64,000 bases of DNA from the NCBI GenBank assembly GCA_003427395.1, contig BFEA01000017.1, forward strand, positions 2,042,052 to 2,106,051, written 5' to 3'. Below, in pieces: positions 11,361 to 25,440 of the stretch (position 1 is the first letter of the stretch; every line of letters begins with the position of its first letter). Below the pieces are notes generated by a model. The model searched no databases, was not told the DNA's origin, and saw only the letters and a list, made by a program, of their open reading frames with translations. Made by a program: the position numbers and the translations under genes. Source of the DNA: Chara braunii. Its lineage: Eukaryota; Plantae; Charophyceae.

Positions 11361-14300
11361 TTTTTTCTTTTTTTTACAAAGTGCTGCTCCGTCTATTGGT
11401 GGGGAGCATCACCTGCTGGAAGTCGGGTCCAGCGTCCCTTGAATACATCAAATTCTTTACCAATCCTCTATTTTGAAAATGACACCACTTTGCTGGAAAC
11501 CGGGTCCAGCGTCCCATACCAAAGCTTTACCTCCCTTCCTAACCTAAGGCACCGTCGGGTGTTGGGGGGAGGGCCACCGGGGGGCACCAGTGGAATCTCC
11601 CTCCTTCACCCAGCCCCTGCCCACCACCTACTTCCCCATGGCATCCATTGTATACTAGGAATCATGTGCTGAAAATTCAGCCCTATGTTTTAAAATAGAA
11701 TACCTCTTAAGAAACCAAATCCAGCGTCTAATATCCCGCAGTCAAGCAGAGAATCCTGAGGAATACTGCAGAATACTGAGAATTACTAGGACAGATACTT
11801 ACAAAAGATCCTCAAAGGATCCTCCCAACACATACTGAGAAATACTGAAAAATACTGGAGAGTACTGAAAAATACTGAGAGGTACTGCAAAACTGCAAGG
11901 AATCCCCTGCCATGCCACGTTTGAGTGATTAAAATGACTCTAAGCCCCCAAATATTCCTCCAGGGCCAAAGGGTAAGGAGGAAAGGAATCGCCAAAATCC
12001 TGCGCAGGTCTCAGCTGTTCTCTGGGATCCACCCATGTCCAGTCCTTAAAGAGAAGCTGATAATCTCTTTCCAGGTCTCCCTCTTGTCCTTTCCCATGGT
12101 CCAGCATGTCTCCTGTCCAGCTCACCCTCGCGACCCAGCCCTCCCTCTCCCCCCCCAGCCAGCCTTTACAGAAGCGGGAGATGATGCTTTTGATATCCCC
12201 CCTGCTGTGCACCGGACTCAGTTTTTCCTTAACGTTGTGCCATTGTGCCATGATCTCATGTTGGAAGAGCAGCCGTATCTGTTTTGTGACCTCCCCCTCT
12301 TCTACCCTGGCCCCTTCCAATTCCAGGATGCCTCTTCGCCACCATATGGTTTAGAGGACTGTATGCCGGCCCAGGGAGAACATATTTGCTACAAAGGTAT
12401 TGTCGCAAAAGGGAGGGTAGTGTCCCAGCAGAATTGCCCTCCAGTCCCAAGGCCATAGTGAGCCTGGGACGGTATGCCGCTAGATCCTATCCCACCATCT
12501 CCACAGCAGGACAGCCGCAAGGCATTATAAGAAGATGTGCTCAACCGTCTCCGGGCGCATTTTTTCGGGGAAGTTTTGGTAGCAACCTTGGCACCAGGGG
12601 AGCGCCCTTCCTTGTTGCTCGAGCTGTGTATGATCAATCAGCCAGTTATTGGTCGGTAGGCAACGGTGAGTGATTTGCCATTGAAGAGCGGAGATTTTTG
12701 TCGGCCTTTTGCGATACTCGTTGAACAATTGGATAGATTTGAGTGTGCTTCGATCTACATTTAGATGGCGCTGCCATCTGTCCACCACCACATCCCGTAG
12801 CCCACGCTTGGGCCTGAGCATCCGGTAGACGGACTTCGTTTTTAGAGCGGCTAATTGGACCGTTGTTTCCTCCCCCCCGTCCCCGCCCTCCCTTTCCTTT
12901 CCACGACCATCTCCATTCTTGGGGATCAAGGGGGAGGTTCTCGATCGGGATCAATGCTCGATACGTTCTCCAACCTTTTCCTTCTTCTAACACCCTGATG
13001 CGATAGACTTCTGATTTTCTTTTCGAGGTGCAGGGTTGGCTATTCCCTTGTAGCCGCCCTGATTCTGTAACAACGTAACATTCAACCAGGACTTGTGTCT
13101 GATCTACTAGGTGCACGAGGCCTACTTGTGATTCATGGCCGGGTAGCTCCACCCAATCGTCTATTTCCAGCGTTGGACCCTTCTTACGCTTGGTGTACCA
13201 TTGAATAGGAAAGCTTTCAGTAAGTTCTTCCATTGTAGACTCGAGGGAGTGGCAGTAGCGCAAGCAACTTTTCATTCTTGCGACACTTTTTCATTCTCCG
13301 TTTTCCCCATCCCATAGGTCCCCCACCCTCAGCACCCCGTGTTTCACGCAAAATTTCCAGGGGGAGTCCGAGCTGTTTTTTACCTGTCCGAGGGAATCTG
13401 TGATTAGTCTATTACCGAACAGCGGTTGCCTAATTAGCTCCTCCCATCCGTCCGGGGTGGGGCGGTCGAGGAGTGAGAGTCTCCTCCACGTGCGCAGAAG
13501 GCGTATCCAGTGTTCGTCCACCGGGTCCCCATTCCTGTATTTCCTTGGGAGTCTCCAGTACCTGTTCTCGAGCCATATGAGAGGGTCTATTTCTGATGGG
13601 GTTTCCGGGGCCAAGGCCGCGATCTGCACTAGTGCCAAGGGAACCCAGGGGGAGGAGGTTTCAAAGATGTGTTGGATCCTGTGGATACTCAGAGCCTGAA
13701 ACTGCGTAGGAGGGTCCACAATTTCAAGCCCTCCCCCAACCTTAGGCTGAACCACAGAGTCCCATGCCACACGACTGATGGCGTGGGTATTACTACTGTC
13801 CCCTCTCCATAGGAAGGCTGCCAGCTGTTGCTTGAGCGTCTTAAGTCCACCTTTGCTTATGGGCCAAAGAATGGCTCGATACCAAAGAGTGGCAAGCATG
13901 ACGTTATTAATAACGAGAGCCCGCCCTAAGATTGATGTGTGTTTGTGATTCCATTGCAGCAGCTTGGCCTGTGCCGGTCTAATCAGCCATTCATCATTTG
14001 TAACGGGTTTCCCTTTGGCTGTGAGTGACGCTCCTAAGACTCTAAGGGGTTCGTCCGGGGGAAGCCAGGTGATGCGCGGATTTTCTGGCGGTCTTCCCCG
14101 CTGGTGGTGTAGCCACCATCCCACTGTTTTTTGCCCCCAGTTGACAGTCATGTCCGACACGCGACCGAAGCGGTTCATGAGGGTCTGGATCTCCTCCATG
14201 TTTTGTGCATTTGCTTCAACCATAATGGTAAGATCGTCTGCGAACAGGGTACAGATGGGTACCGCTTCCCTCGGGATGTTGGAGATCCTGATTTGGGTTA

Positions 14301-16210
14301 GATCTTTGTTGTGTCTTAGATTGGCCGAAAGAGCTTCCATGATGACCAGGAAAAGATGAGGGGCGATGGGGTCTCCTTGCCTGACTAATCGCTGGAGCTC
14401 AAAGGGAGGTGTCACCGATCCATTTGCCTATACACAGGTGGTGGCGGTTTTGTGTAGGATGCATACCCATCATTTAAAGACTAACCCAAAGTTCATTTTT
14501 TCCAAGCACTTATCTAGAAAGATCCAGTCGACGTGATTATATGCCTTTTCAAAATCACTGAAGACGATTGCCGCATTTGCCCGATTTCGTCGCGCTAGAC
14601 AGACAATTTCATTTACCAACATGATATTCTTTTGTATGTTCCGGCTAGTCATGAATCCTATCTGTGCTGGCTGGATCACATCTATCAGGATCTCCGCCAT
14701 ACGGTTTACCAAGGCTTTGGAGAGGATTTTGTAGACGATTGTAAGAAGAGTAATCGGTCTGTAGTTCCTAATGTTAATTTTATCCCCTTTTTTGTACAGC
14801 AGAGTCAACACTCCTTTCCCCACTACTTCCCCCATTTGCTCGTCCTCCCAGACGTGCTGGTAGAATGCCCACAGGTTTGTGCTAATTTCTGACCACATTG
14901 TTTCCCAAGACTCCTTGGGGAAACCATCTATGCCTGGTGTTTTTTCTTCCCTCATCTGAAGAAGTGCTGCCCATATCTCCTCCTTTGTCAGGGGATGTTC
15001 CAGGTACTCTTGCTGCGTGGGAGAGAGTTGTTTATCCATAGGCGCTAGGAATTCTTCTAGATCTCACATCCATGCCTCCCCCCGCGGGGCCGGGAGTTGG
15101 GATTTATAGAGTTGTTTGAAGAAACTGCGCGTGATCAGGGTGCAATGTGAGGTGTTCATTGCTATGATCTCATTCCCTCTGTCCGGGTCATACACTGCTT
15201 CAATTATAGTACGTCTCGCACCGGCAATCGCCATGCTAAAGAAATGAGCGTCCATTGTGGCTTCCTGAGTAAACTTTGACATTTTTCCTCGTATTCTAAT
15301 GCCCTGCCATCTATGTTGTGCGTATTGAAGAAGTTTGGCCTTCACTTCCTGGATGTGTGTGGTGAGAAGATGTGAATCTACCTGGTGTTCCAAGCTTAGC
15401 AGTTCCTGATGGATAGTAAATTCCTATTGGTGTCTTAGGGTTGTTTTTGATTTAGAGAAGTCTTTGCATTTCTTAGCTAAGAAGATCAGACCATTGTTGA
15501 ACTATATAGAGAACGAGTCAAAATTCCCCTTCTGTTGGCGCTAGAACTGCCACTCATACTGGATCATCTGTTTGAATTGGTGATCGAGTAATAGTGAGGT
15601 ATTTAGCTTGAAGAAACCGGGTCCTTGATCCGGTCTTTTTCACATAGTGAGTATTATCCCGCATGTTTTGTGGTCCAAACCTGGATGTGGACTACGAGGA
15701 AGGATGACTGACCATCGAAGAGTGCCTTCTAAATCATTGGAGAGTAGTATGACGTCGATTCGTGACTTGGACAGCCTGACCGGATCGCTATCCCTTACAC
15801 AGGAGAAGGTCCGATCTGTGGGGTGCAGGCGGCGGAAGGTGTCGAAGACCGCTAGGCCTTCGCACAGATCTGCAATCATTTGCTCATCTTCTTTTGCTGC
15901 AAAGGTGGGGGACCCCTGAGGGTTCCATCTGTCTTGCCCTCTCTCTGGGGCGACATTAAAGTCCCCTGCAATAACCAGCGGGATGCCATCTGATACGCGT
16001 GCCCCTAGGTTACCTAAAAAACCTCTTCTTTCCCCGACCGTGTTAGGAGAGTAGATGCATAAGATGCAGTGCAACTCCAGCTCCAGCATTCCAAGTACTG
16101 ACACCCACCGTCCTTCTTCCTCGTACACCGCCCAATGGACTATCTCAAATCGGGAATCGGGGGGTATCCAAATCGCCACTCCCGCTGAGCCAGGTCTAGG
16201 GGCATAGGCT
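11361..16210 (-). mobile_element. L1/Tx1-like LINE (lineage A, FADD), 5'-truncated in the endonuclease, ORF2 disrupted
   Basis: APE endonuclease motifs IYSPN, IAGDFN, SRIDVIL, DHK. RT motifs KTPGIDG, NYRPITLL, DFEKAY, VRQGDPIAP, LFADD. C-terminal C..C...ETVEHIF..CP knuckle. Poly(A) tail appears as a T-run at 11361-11375. Confidence 0.93.
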
Positions 16211-18403
16211 GTTACCGCCGTGTGGGGCTAGACCATCTTGTGGGCTCTGTTATGTGCTGGTTTATCCTGCAGGTGAGTTTCCTGAGGAGGGAAGTCAACG
16301 AACACCTTGATCCTACGCGCCAAAACATCAATCGCCTAGTCTCGCTCGCCCAACACCCGGTGCAAGTGTGCGGACCTCGCGTGCCACATCGCGGGTCACG
16401 TCCTGCGTCCACTACACAACCCACAACATGTGCAGCCCTCTCCGGTCTAACCTGTGAAGCATGTCGTACACAGGCTCCAAATTGCGGACAAGGACTCCCA
16501 TGGAATCCCACCAAGGACCATGCTGCACCTGCCACCTAACCCACCGAGCCAGCTGAGCAACGGTACTGTCCCAGGGGACCAGACCCCAACCATCGCTATC
16601 CACCGTCCTCTCCAACGCTCACGTTACTGCCAACAAAAGCTCCATCATAGCGAACACGGATGCGAATCGTGTTTCGCAGGGATAAATAAATCCCATCTGC
16701 GTGCTTTCGCCCTTGAAGATATGCAGAGCGGTGTCGTGCTTTTTAATGAAGCGCACCACCGCTCGCTCGCGCATAATGACGTCCTTTGACCACGAGCTTG
16801 ACAAGCCAATGTCTGACAAAATTTTGTTGCAGATATGCACTGCGCACGGCAGCCATGTGATCCGTCGAATCTCTGGCCTCTGTTGGGGCACCTGGAGCAT
16901 GTTTGTCGCGGCGACGTACGCAGAGGCAGAGTCTGTGTAGATGGCATTCACCCACTGAGGAGGGAAGTCAACGAACACCTTGATCCACCGCCCCAAAACA
17001 TCAGGCGCCTAGTCTCGCTCGCCCTCCCTGTTCATTGTTCTCACCATCATCACTCTGCGAGACCCGCCGACAAGGAAGTTAACGATTGGTCTGGTATACC
17101 GTGACTTTCTGCCATCCGACATGATGGTGTCCCCCGTCGCATAGAAAGGAGCCCTGACCTCTACCAGATCACCCGCCACATCGTCGGCAGTGAGGAAAAT
17201 CGTCTCCATGTCGGCGATCTCATTGTGCGATGGCCACAAAACCTTCACTGGCCCCGACAAGTCCCTGAAAAGTTTTACCAATTATTTTCATGGCTCGCTC
17301 TAGAAGACGTTGAACGGCAGACGCTGACTGTAGACAAACCTGAAATACTTCTTCTTGAACTCCATCCGCCATTGTGAAGAATACGACTCCGTGATGGTGT
17401 TCTGTCTCAACCGCTTTTGCCCACCCGGCCTCGCCCCCTCCTCTCCCTCCTTTCTCTTCCCCACAGCAGCCGCCGCATCTTCCGCATCCCGATGCGCCTG
17501 AGTGCGAGCCGACACGTGCGCATCCTGAAAGAAACGACCTTGCTACCCCCATGGCTCGTGAATGACATCCTTCCCTCGGTCCCTCGTCAATGGCCCAGGC
17601 TGCGCTGCCCACGCACCCTCGTCCTCGACGTTGTCAACGTCGACCACCTCCTCGTTACCCCTCTCTTGTCCCTCCCCTCCCGCCCCTCCCTCATCCCGGC
17701 GCGGATCCATGGCAGGTGCCGGACCGTGAAGCTCCTCAAACCGAAGCATGAGGTCAAGGATCTTGCCCTCCAGCTTGTAGTTCGAGTTGTAGTTTATGTC
17801 CACCAGCGCCTCGTCGGGCACTGACGGACACCCTTCAAGTTTCCCCTGCCTGAAAAGGCGTGCCTCCACGTACTGGTTTCCCTGGAACTCATGGCCTCAA
17901 GGCTCAAACCAGGCACTTCAACATGCGGTTCCCGTGGAACCTGTCCCCGAGACTCTGACCCACGTGGATGTACTTGTAGACACAAAAATTCTTCTGCGCC
18001 TTGCAATTCTCGTCGTCCCCGGCGTCCTCGAACGCCCGCGCTTCCCTCACGACATGTTTGTCGTGCGCTGTAGCCCTCCACATCCTCAACAATCCTCGCC
18101 CTGGTCAGTCCAATGGCCCGCCGGCGTGTTCGAAAAACCCCGCCGCCCCTCCAAGCTGTCCCAGGCCTCGCTCCGACGCCCCAATTACCGGCCCGCCAGA
18201 CACCAGACCCGTCACCACGCCGCAGTAGCGTCACAGTCAATTTTTGAACGCACGTTCAAAACATAAACGCACGTGTTCAATAATTGAACGCACGTTCAAA
18301 CAAAAAAATTGGCGCGTTCAATGATTGAACGACGTCGTTTGATTGGGTGGGTGGCCACCGCCGTCGCAGCCGCCGTCGCCGTCGTCGCCGTGTCGACGCC
18401 GCT

Positions 18404-18489
<86 letters not shown>

Positions 18490-18847
18490 ATAAACAGATG
18501 TTGCTGAATAAAAAACAAAAATCGAAATGACAGAAAATAACGATAAAAAAAAGCAAGAAAAAAAAGAAGAAGAAGAAGATGTAGCTGAAAAAATAAGAAA
18601 ATCGATATAGAAGAAAAAAATGCCTTCAAAAAAAAAAGCAAGAAAAACGAAGATGAAGGAGAAGAAGAAGAAATAATAAGAAGAAGAAGAAGATGAAGAA
18701 GAAGAAGAATGAAAAAGAAAGAACAAAGAAGAAAGTAGTAGAAGAAAGAAGATTATGAAGATTCTGAAGAAAAAAAATAAAAAGAAGAAAAAGAAGAAGA
18801 AAGATGAAGAAGAAGAAGAAGAAACTTACCCTGAAATTTCTTGAAGA

Positions 18848-18911
<64 letters not shown>

Positions 18912-19141
18912 CATTTATTTGCTCGTTTTTCCCACCTGCACCTGCGAGACGGACCCTATCCGCGCTCAGGAGGGTCGTCGGGACCGCCACCCCGACGCAG
19001 CGCCCCCGACGGGCCTCCCTTGCAAGGGTTACGCTCTACACGTTCGCGTTCAGAGTGTTCACCAGCATTCATTGAACGCGAGTTCAACGCGTTCAAACTC
19101 TGAACGTGGAACGCGAGTTCAATAAACGAGCGACAACACAG
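16211..19141 (-). mobile_element. second hAT-like (DUF659) element, degraded transposase
   Basis: BED-like region at ~17800-17950. Motifs GDTIMSDGRKS...PIVNFL, VNAIYTDSASAY, WLPCAVHICNKILSDI and PCETRFAS. Palindromic TTGAACGCRCGTTCAA subterminal motifs at 18244-18330 and 19072-19122. Boundaries approximate. Confidence 0.85.
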
Positions 19142-19339
19142 GGTTATGGTTCCCCTACCCAAACCACTGTTACTAGTCTGTTAGGCTCCTTGCTTGAAGC
19201 AGTCTTTTTAAAGGCATTATATTTTTCGTCCTCATTGACGTCGGACTCAAGTGCTGATGTAGAACATTCATATCAGAGTCTGACTCTAGATTGTCATCTA
19301 GAGACATATCATCTGCTGCATAGGATTGATCCTCGGCCT

Positions 19340-19950
19340 CCCAATGTTCCCGCAGGGTAAGCTGGTTGTTGCTTCCGAAACCGCTTGCGTCGTGAAGTTG
19401 TACCTGCTACTGGTGTCTTCGCATGCCTGACGCGGTCTTTGGCTTCTAGGTTGACTACATTCGTCAAGAGATCACGCTAGGTCAAATGCTCCTTGACTCC
19501 TAGTCAGGAGACATAATCTTCAGGGGTCACTCCCATTACTACATCCATACAAGACACATCAGTTCATCCCGGGTTTAGAGTAGTGAATAGACCAATCAAA
19601 TGCTGCTCCAAAGCGTGCATGGAAGTCCGCCACTTTTAACCCTCTAGGGCCTCAAGCTTTAGCCTTGCTTTGAGCGCAGCGTGCTTATCCTGATATTGCG
19701 TGATGAGGAGGTTTTCAAGAGTACGTACAAGAGTTACTTTCAACCACTCAGTCATGTCATCTCTTTTTAAATTATTACCTGCACTAATAGCTTGGAGTTC
19801 TACGAAACTCCGTACGGCGGGCTCAATATTTGTGCCCATGATCATACTTCGGTCTTCCGGAGTGTTGGTGAGCGTGGGTCAAGTACTCGACACAGACTGT
19901 TTGAGGAACTGCTTTCAATGTTTGTTATAACACTCTGGAAAACAACAGTG
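19340..19950 (-). pseudogene. LTR-retrotransposon gag-like remnant
   Basis: EWLK...TLENLLITQYQDKHAALKARLKLEAL.G resembles a Ty3/gypsy retrotransposon gag helix pattern. Recognised by eye only. Confidence 0.5.
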
Positions 19951-21109
19951 AAGGAGCAATTTCTAACAGGAATACGACACGAACATTAGGAAAGAATACA
20001 AGCACATGTCAGACGCAAGTGAAGCTCATATCAGTTACAAAGTGAAAATATTTAACAATTCCCACACAATATAGATCCTTACAGTTGCACCCTTACAATT
20101 GCCCACTCCACGAGTTCTCGTTGTTGTATTCCGATTGGTGCAACCTTAAAGAGTGAATCCTCTTTCTTGAACCAGCGTACTCCCTTTCAACATAAATAAT
20201 CTCAGTGTTCGAATCAAAACCTTCAAAGCTCGAAGGTCACAATTTTGCAAAATTTCTCTCTCTCTACCCCTTGTCCTCTCTTTCAACTGAACCAACCTCA
20301 GTGTTTGAATCAAAACATCAAATGCTTGAAGGAAGTAATTTTTTGAAAGCTCTCTCTCTCTCTCACTATGTAGAAACGAAGACTATTTTACGATTGTGTG
20401 ATCTCTCACTGCAGCTAACCATCCATCCACTCAGAACTATACAATTAAACACGTAGGATATCAGCGAAGTAACAACTACGTACAGGCTTGCTTCGCGTCA
20501 AAGCGAGGCCTCATGGCACTCTACCATTTCGCCACGTGTCCATTGTGTCGGCGGTACACCTTTTTCGCCTCCTTGCGCTGCATAACACCGTGAAAAGACA
20601 CTGTCGGGTTTTGGGACTTCGGCGCCCGCCAGCTGGGGGGGGAGGGGGGGGGGCAACAGCTGGCCGCCACGTCAGCGCCCATCAGTGTGTTGGGGGGGTA
20701 GGGGCGCGGGACGGTTCCTGCTCCGATACAAGTGTGACGGACCCGCCAGGATGGCGGTCGCCGGTCGGTCAGGATCAAGACAGAGGGTTGAGGACAGAGG
20801 AGATGGTGATGGAGCTGGAAGGGACAGCGCAGCTCCGACGCAGGCTCAGCACGCACGTAGTCCAAAGTGTGCAGAATGAAGAATGACCTGAAAACAGACT
20901 GCAGCAGGGGTATACCCCCAGCGGACTGACGGGACTGGACTGGACTGTCTGGTACCGACTGTGGTACCGGGCAGGACTGGACTGGACTGCAACAGCACAC
21001 GGCCTGTGGGGTCAGGCCACGCCTTGGTCCCACAGGCCGAACAGGCGAATGTCCTGATAGGCCCTGGCTGTAGGCCAGGGGCTGTAGGCCAGGGAAGATA
21101 GAGGCACGC

Positions 21110-21300
21110 TGCACTCTGGTACTGTTGAGCAGCCTCGTACGCCTGCTCCGTGGACGCGAACGTTTGGCGCCTAACCTCGATGTGGTAATCAGTCAGAAGA
21201 CAGACAAGGAACGAGTTGGTGAGAACGGTGTCCCGCGTCTCATTGCAAGTAGGGAGGGCATCCTCTAACACCCGGATGTGATGCTCCAGAACAGATTGGA
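21110..21300 (-). pseudogene. gag capsid C-terminal-like fragment flanked by a direct repeat
   Basis: VLTNSFLVCLL.DYHIEVRRQTFASTEQAYEAAQQ resembles the F..GL.....v......t...A...A gag motif. Direct repeat ~21000-21080 vs ~21320-21400. Confidence 0.4.
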
Positions 21301-22439
21301 CAAGACTGAATGAATAGACAGCCTGTGGGATCAGGCCACGGCCTGGTCCCACAGGCTGAACAGGCAAAATAGCCAAACAGCCCTGGCTCTAGGCCAGGGC
21401 AGCCAGAGGCACACTGCACTATTCAATTGTCTACATCATGAATGGTAGCTTTGTCTTTTCCCTCGACTTTCCTGGTGGATATCTCTTTTGATTTTGTGTA
21501 ATACATGTGTGTCTGGAATTCGGATGGGATCAGAAACACAAACGGATTGGATCTTCCTGAAGTAAATTTGCTGATGGATGCATGAATCGTGGAGTGATAT
21601 GGTGGAACTCCTTCGATCTTTCATCTACCCTTACTTACCTGATAATATTATACACGTGTTAGCCTTGTGGAATGAGCAAATGTTTGCGAATGGGACAGTC
21701 ATGAGGCTACAACACGGATCTACCAACCCTATGTTTTTCCAAATGATTCGCAGTTCGCTTCCCTAAGTTTTGGATTCATGATTGTAAAAACAGTTTTCGC
21801 TCGTCATTCGGTCTTCTTGCCCTACGACAAGCTCACCCTGATTCTCTGGCTTGCCATTTTGCTCCTCATTGGCCCGGGGCACCTGGCCTTCATGGTCAAA
21901 ATACAGAAGTGCTGAGGGCTTTCATGAACGAGGACTCGTTTAGACAACTTACTACGAAACAAAGATGGCCGAAGGACAGCACAGCCACGACCATCGATGC
22001 CGACTCTGAGCTATGCGAGACGTGCAAGCGAGCCATCGCCGTCTCGCCATCGCCAGTGATTGTGATCGCACGTACATGCCCTGACCCTTCCAGCCAGGGA
22101 ATGGTCGGCGAAGCACCATGAGTAAGTGTCCGGGTACATGCCCTCACCCTTCCAGCCAGGAAAGGGTCGGCGAAGCACCATGAGTAAGTGTCATGATTTC
22201 GAATTCGTGGCGTGACAGTACCTCCTATTTCTTTTGAATGCTCAGCTTCCTTTTGCTTGCTTTTCAGTCCCATGACAAACACCGTCAAACAGTTTGTTTC
22301 CCCCCCTCTTCTGGCTATCGCTTATGCCCACGCAAAGTATGGTGTCAGTGGGAAAAGTATTATTACAGCAAATGATGACCCAATCAAGTACCTCCTATCA
22401 TAAGGGATCTAGTGGCCACTTTCAGGTTTTTCAGTAAAT

Positions 22440-25400
22440 TAAATTCAGCAACTTGTTTTTGAAAGATGTCCATATATTATCAAATGGATGGAAAAGAGGC
22501 CGGGGACCTCACAATTTGACCCGGGAGAACCACTGGGGCCTTTACCCAGATTCGGCTAGTGCTGGAAACCGGGTCCAGCGTCCCCTGAAGAGAACCATCC
22601 TACGCTTGTCTTTCCAAAAAAGTTGAACTCTGAAGCACAGGAAAAGGTGTAACCGCTAAAACAAATCCCTACACTATTAATACTTCGAATTAAGCATTTA
22701 ACCCCAAGCCAAAATGTGTAGCTTTGAGGAGATTGTTGCGGTTACCCAAAATACGGCATGCTAACCCAAAAATGTGGCCACTATTCACCAAGACATTTAT
22801 TACGGTTTAAGCCACCTTGACAATGTCAGCTTGCGATCTGAAGAGACAGCCGCGAGCTGATGATTATTTGCCCATGTCCTCAGAAACCATATATAGCCTT
22901 TCTTCCGACTTCTGAAGCTGGTTTGCCAGTCTGCCGTAATCATATCTCTTAAATTCCTGCGAACCTGCTGCTGTTGTTCCTGCAGTGCCACTTTCTCTTT
23001 GTTAAAAACCATTGAGTTCCTGGCACGCCAAATTTCTTGCAGGAGGATACCTCTGCAAACCAGCGGAACATATCCCCAACCTGACTTGCATATTGAACCT
23101 GGTTTGGGTGGAATCCCATATAGGATCCATTCATCTGTCCAGGGCCAGGCTGGCCCTGTAGCTCTCTAGTAGACGAGACTGTTTTATCAGTAAGGAAGGT
23201 TAATGGAGAACCTGGTTTGTCTGACCCCTGACTCACCTGAGCCGTGACCGTCCATTCCTGTACTCTCATTCCCCCTGCCAGGTCTGGGCCCAGGACTTTC
23301 CATACCCGTCCCCCCACATCCTCTGCGAAGACCCAGGCTCCCACTCCTTGTTCAGAGTCGTTCCTCAACAGCTGAACCCAGTCCCTAGGAATTGCCTCTT
23401 TTAGTTTGTGAAGGTTCTTCTCAACATGGCGCAGATATGGAAGTTTAATTCTCAAGGTGGCTTCTGACAGCCAATCCCCTACCTCCCCATCCCAAATATG
23501 CTTTACCTGAAGTACGCCTTTCTGAATCCATGATCTCCCAAAGTGCCCTACCCCTTCACCCGCTGAGAAAACCTCTCCATTGTCCTGTAAAATTAGGCTG
23601 TTCTCAAATAGGAGCTGGTTCAGAACTTCTTGCTTGGATACCGGCCGATTAGAGTTTCGGGGTAAGAGTCTTCGCCATGCATATAAGATATCCCTCCAGA
23701 CTCGAGATTGTGGTCTCCTGTTAGGAAAGGAAGGGAGTAACAAACTAAGCAACACATCATCCCCCCCCCGGAGGTCCCACTCCTTACCTAAAATATATTC
23801 CGCCAGTCGAATCCAGAGCTTTGAAGGGTTATCAAACATAGCCTTCACTGGCCATTTAGCCAGTAGGGCAATGTTTTGATAACGGGGGTCCAAGACACCC
23901 AGACCCCCTTGATTACGAGGAAGAGCAATGGTTTCCCATGCTACTTTGGAGGGAAAACCTTCACCTTCCTCTGCCACTGGTTTCCAGATGTATTTGGCAG
24001 CGCACCTCTTAATCTGCCAATAGGCCTCGTCTCCCAATTGAACTATAGAGAGGGGAAACCATAATATAGATAGCCCAGAAGCTGACACCACGAGAGCCCG
24101 TCCAAACAAAGAGAGTTTATGGTTCCATTGCCATTGGCTAATCCTCGCTGAAACCCTGTCCACCAACAATTGATCCTGGGACTTTGAGCAGTTGGCAAGA
24201 GAAACCAGGACCCCCAAAAAACGTTCCGAATTCTCTGTTGGCACCTGCCGTAGACCCCAGTTGACTTTTAAGTTGAAGGCTGGTGGTAGAAAATATACGG
24301 ATTTTTGCCAATTAATAGATGCCTCGGATAGTACGCAATAACTATCAATCACCCTTTTAAGTTCAGACAAGGCCACTATATTATTTTCCCACGCGATTGT
24401 TAAATCATCAGCAAGGGCTCCCCCCTTCCATTCTAGCGAAGGTGAGAGGGAGAGATCCGTAATCCTTGGGTTGTATCGTATATTATCCAACAAAGTTTCC
24501 AGTTGCAGTACAAACAAAAGCGGTGCTCAGGGGCAGCCCTGCCGGAGAGAGCGAGTCAGATGAAATTCGTTAGATAATCTGCCGTTTACTACCACCACAG
24601 ATTCGGCCTGAGAATACATAGCCCTGATCCATGTACGAAAGCCTGTGCCAAAGCCCATCCTGATCAGTGTAGTAGACACAAAGGCCCAACCTACCTCATC
24701 GTAGACTTTTTCCATGTCTAGGAGCATCACCACTACCTCTCTTCTTTCTTTACCTATGATCTCCAATGCTTGCACCGCAGTTAGGATGTTTTCAAAGATA
24801 GATCTTCCTTTTACAAAGGCCCCTTGCTCCCACCCTACAAGATCAGGCAGGGCATCCGCTAGCCTTAGGGCCAATGCTTTCACCAGAATTTTATAGGCCA
24901 CATTTAACACAGAAATAGGCCTGTAATTTCTACTTCTTATCCCCCTTTTTGTACAGTAAAGATATCATCCCTTTAAAAAAAAAACTTGGGAGGGAACCCG
25001 TTTGCAAAGCATTATTGAAGATCCGACATAGAAAAGGGCAAAGGCCCCCCAAGAACTCAGAAACAATTCAATTGGTAAGCCATCTACTCCGGGGCATTTA
25101 CCTCGTGCCATTTGCTTAGCACTCCTCCCTAGTTCGTGCTCTGTCAGGGGGGCGTCTAATTCCTTTTTGACAGACCCCCGAATGGTAACCCGGGATCTGT
25201 TCCAGAAGTCTGAAACCTCGGATAAATCTGTATCAAAGCTATCGAAAGGTCGCCTGGTAGTCACTATATCACGGAAGTATTCCAGGGCATATTGACAAAG
25301 TCCTTCTGTGTCCGTGGCAACCGGCATGTTTAAAGCGAAAGGATGGGAAAGCTCTCTCAGTAGCGGTTTAGTTTGCCTAATAATCAGGGAGCGGAAAGTT

Positions 25401-25440
25401 AATTTAGTCATTCTGTCGTATCCGATTATACCCCGGAGCT
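22440..25440 (-). mobile_element. L1/Tx1-like LINE (lineage B, LADD), 5'-truncated, disrupted ORF2
   Basis: Motifs GKCPGVDGLP, YRPISVLNVAYKIL, DMEKVYD, LRQGCP, GGALADDL, INWQKS and GGLGVLD. Shared 3' motif at 22559-22586. Confidence 0.92.
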
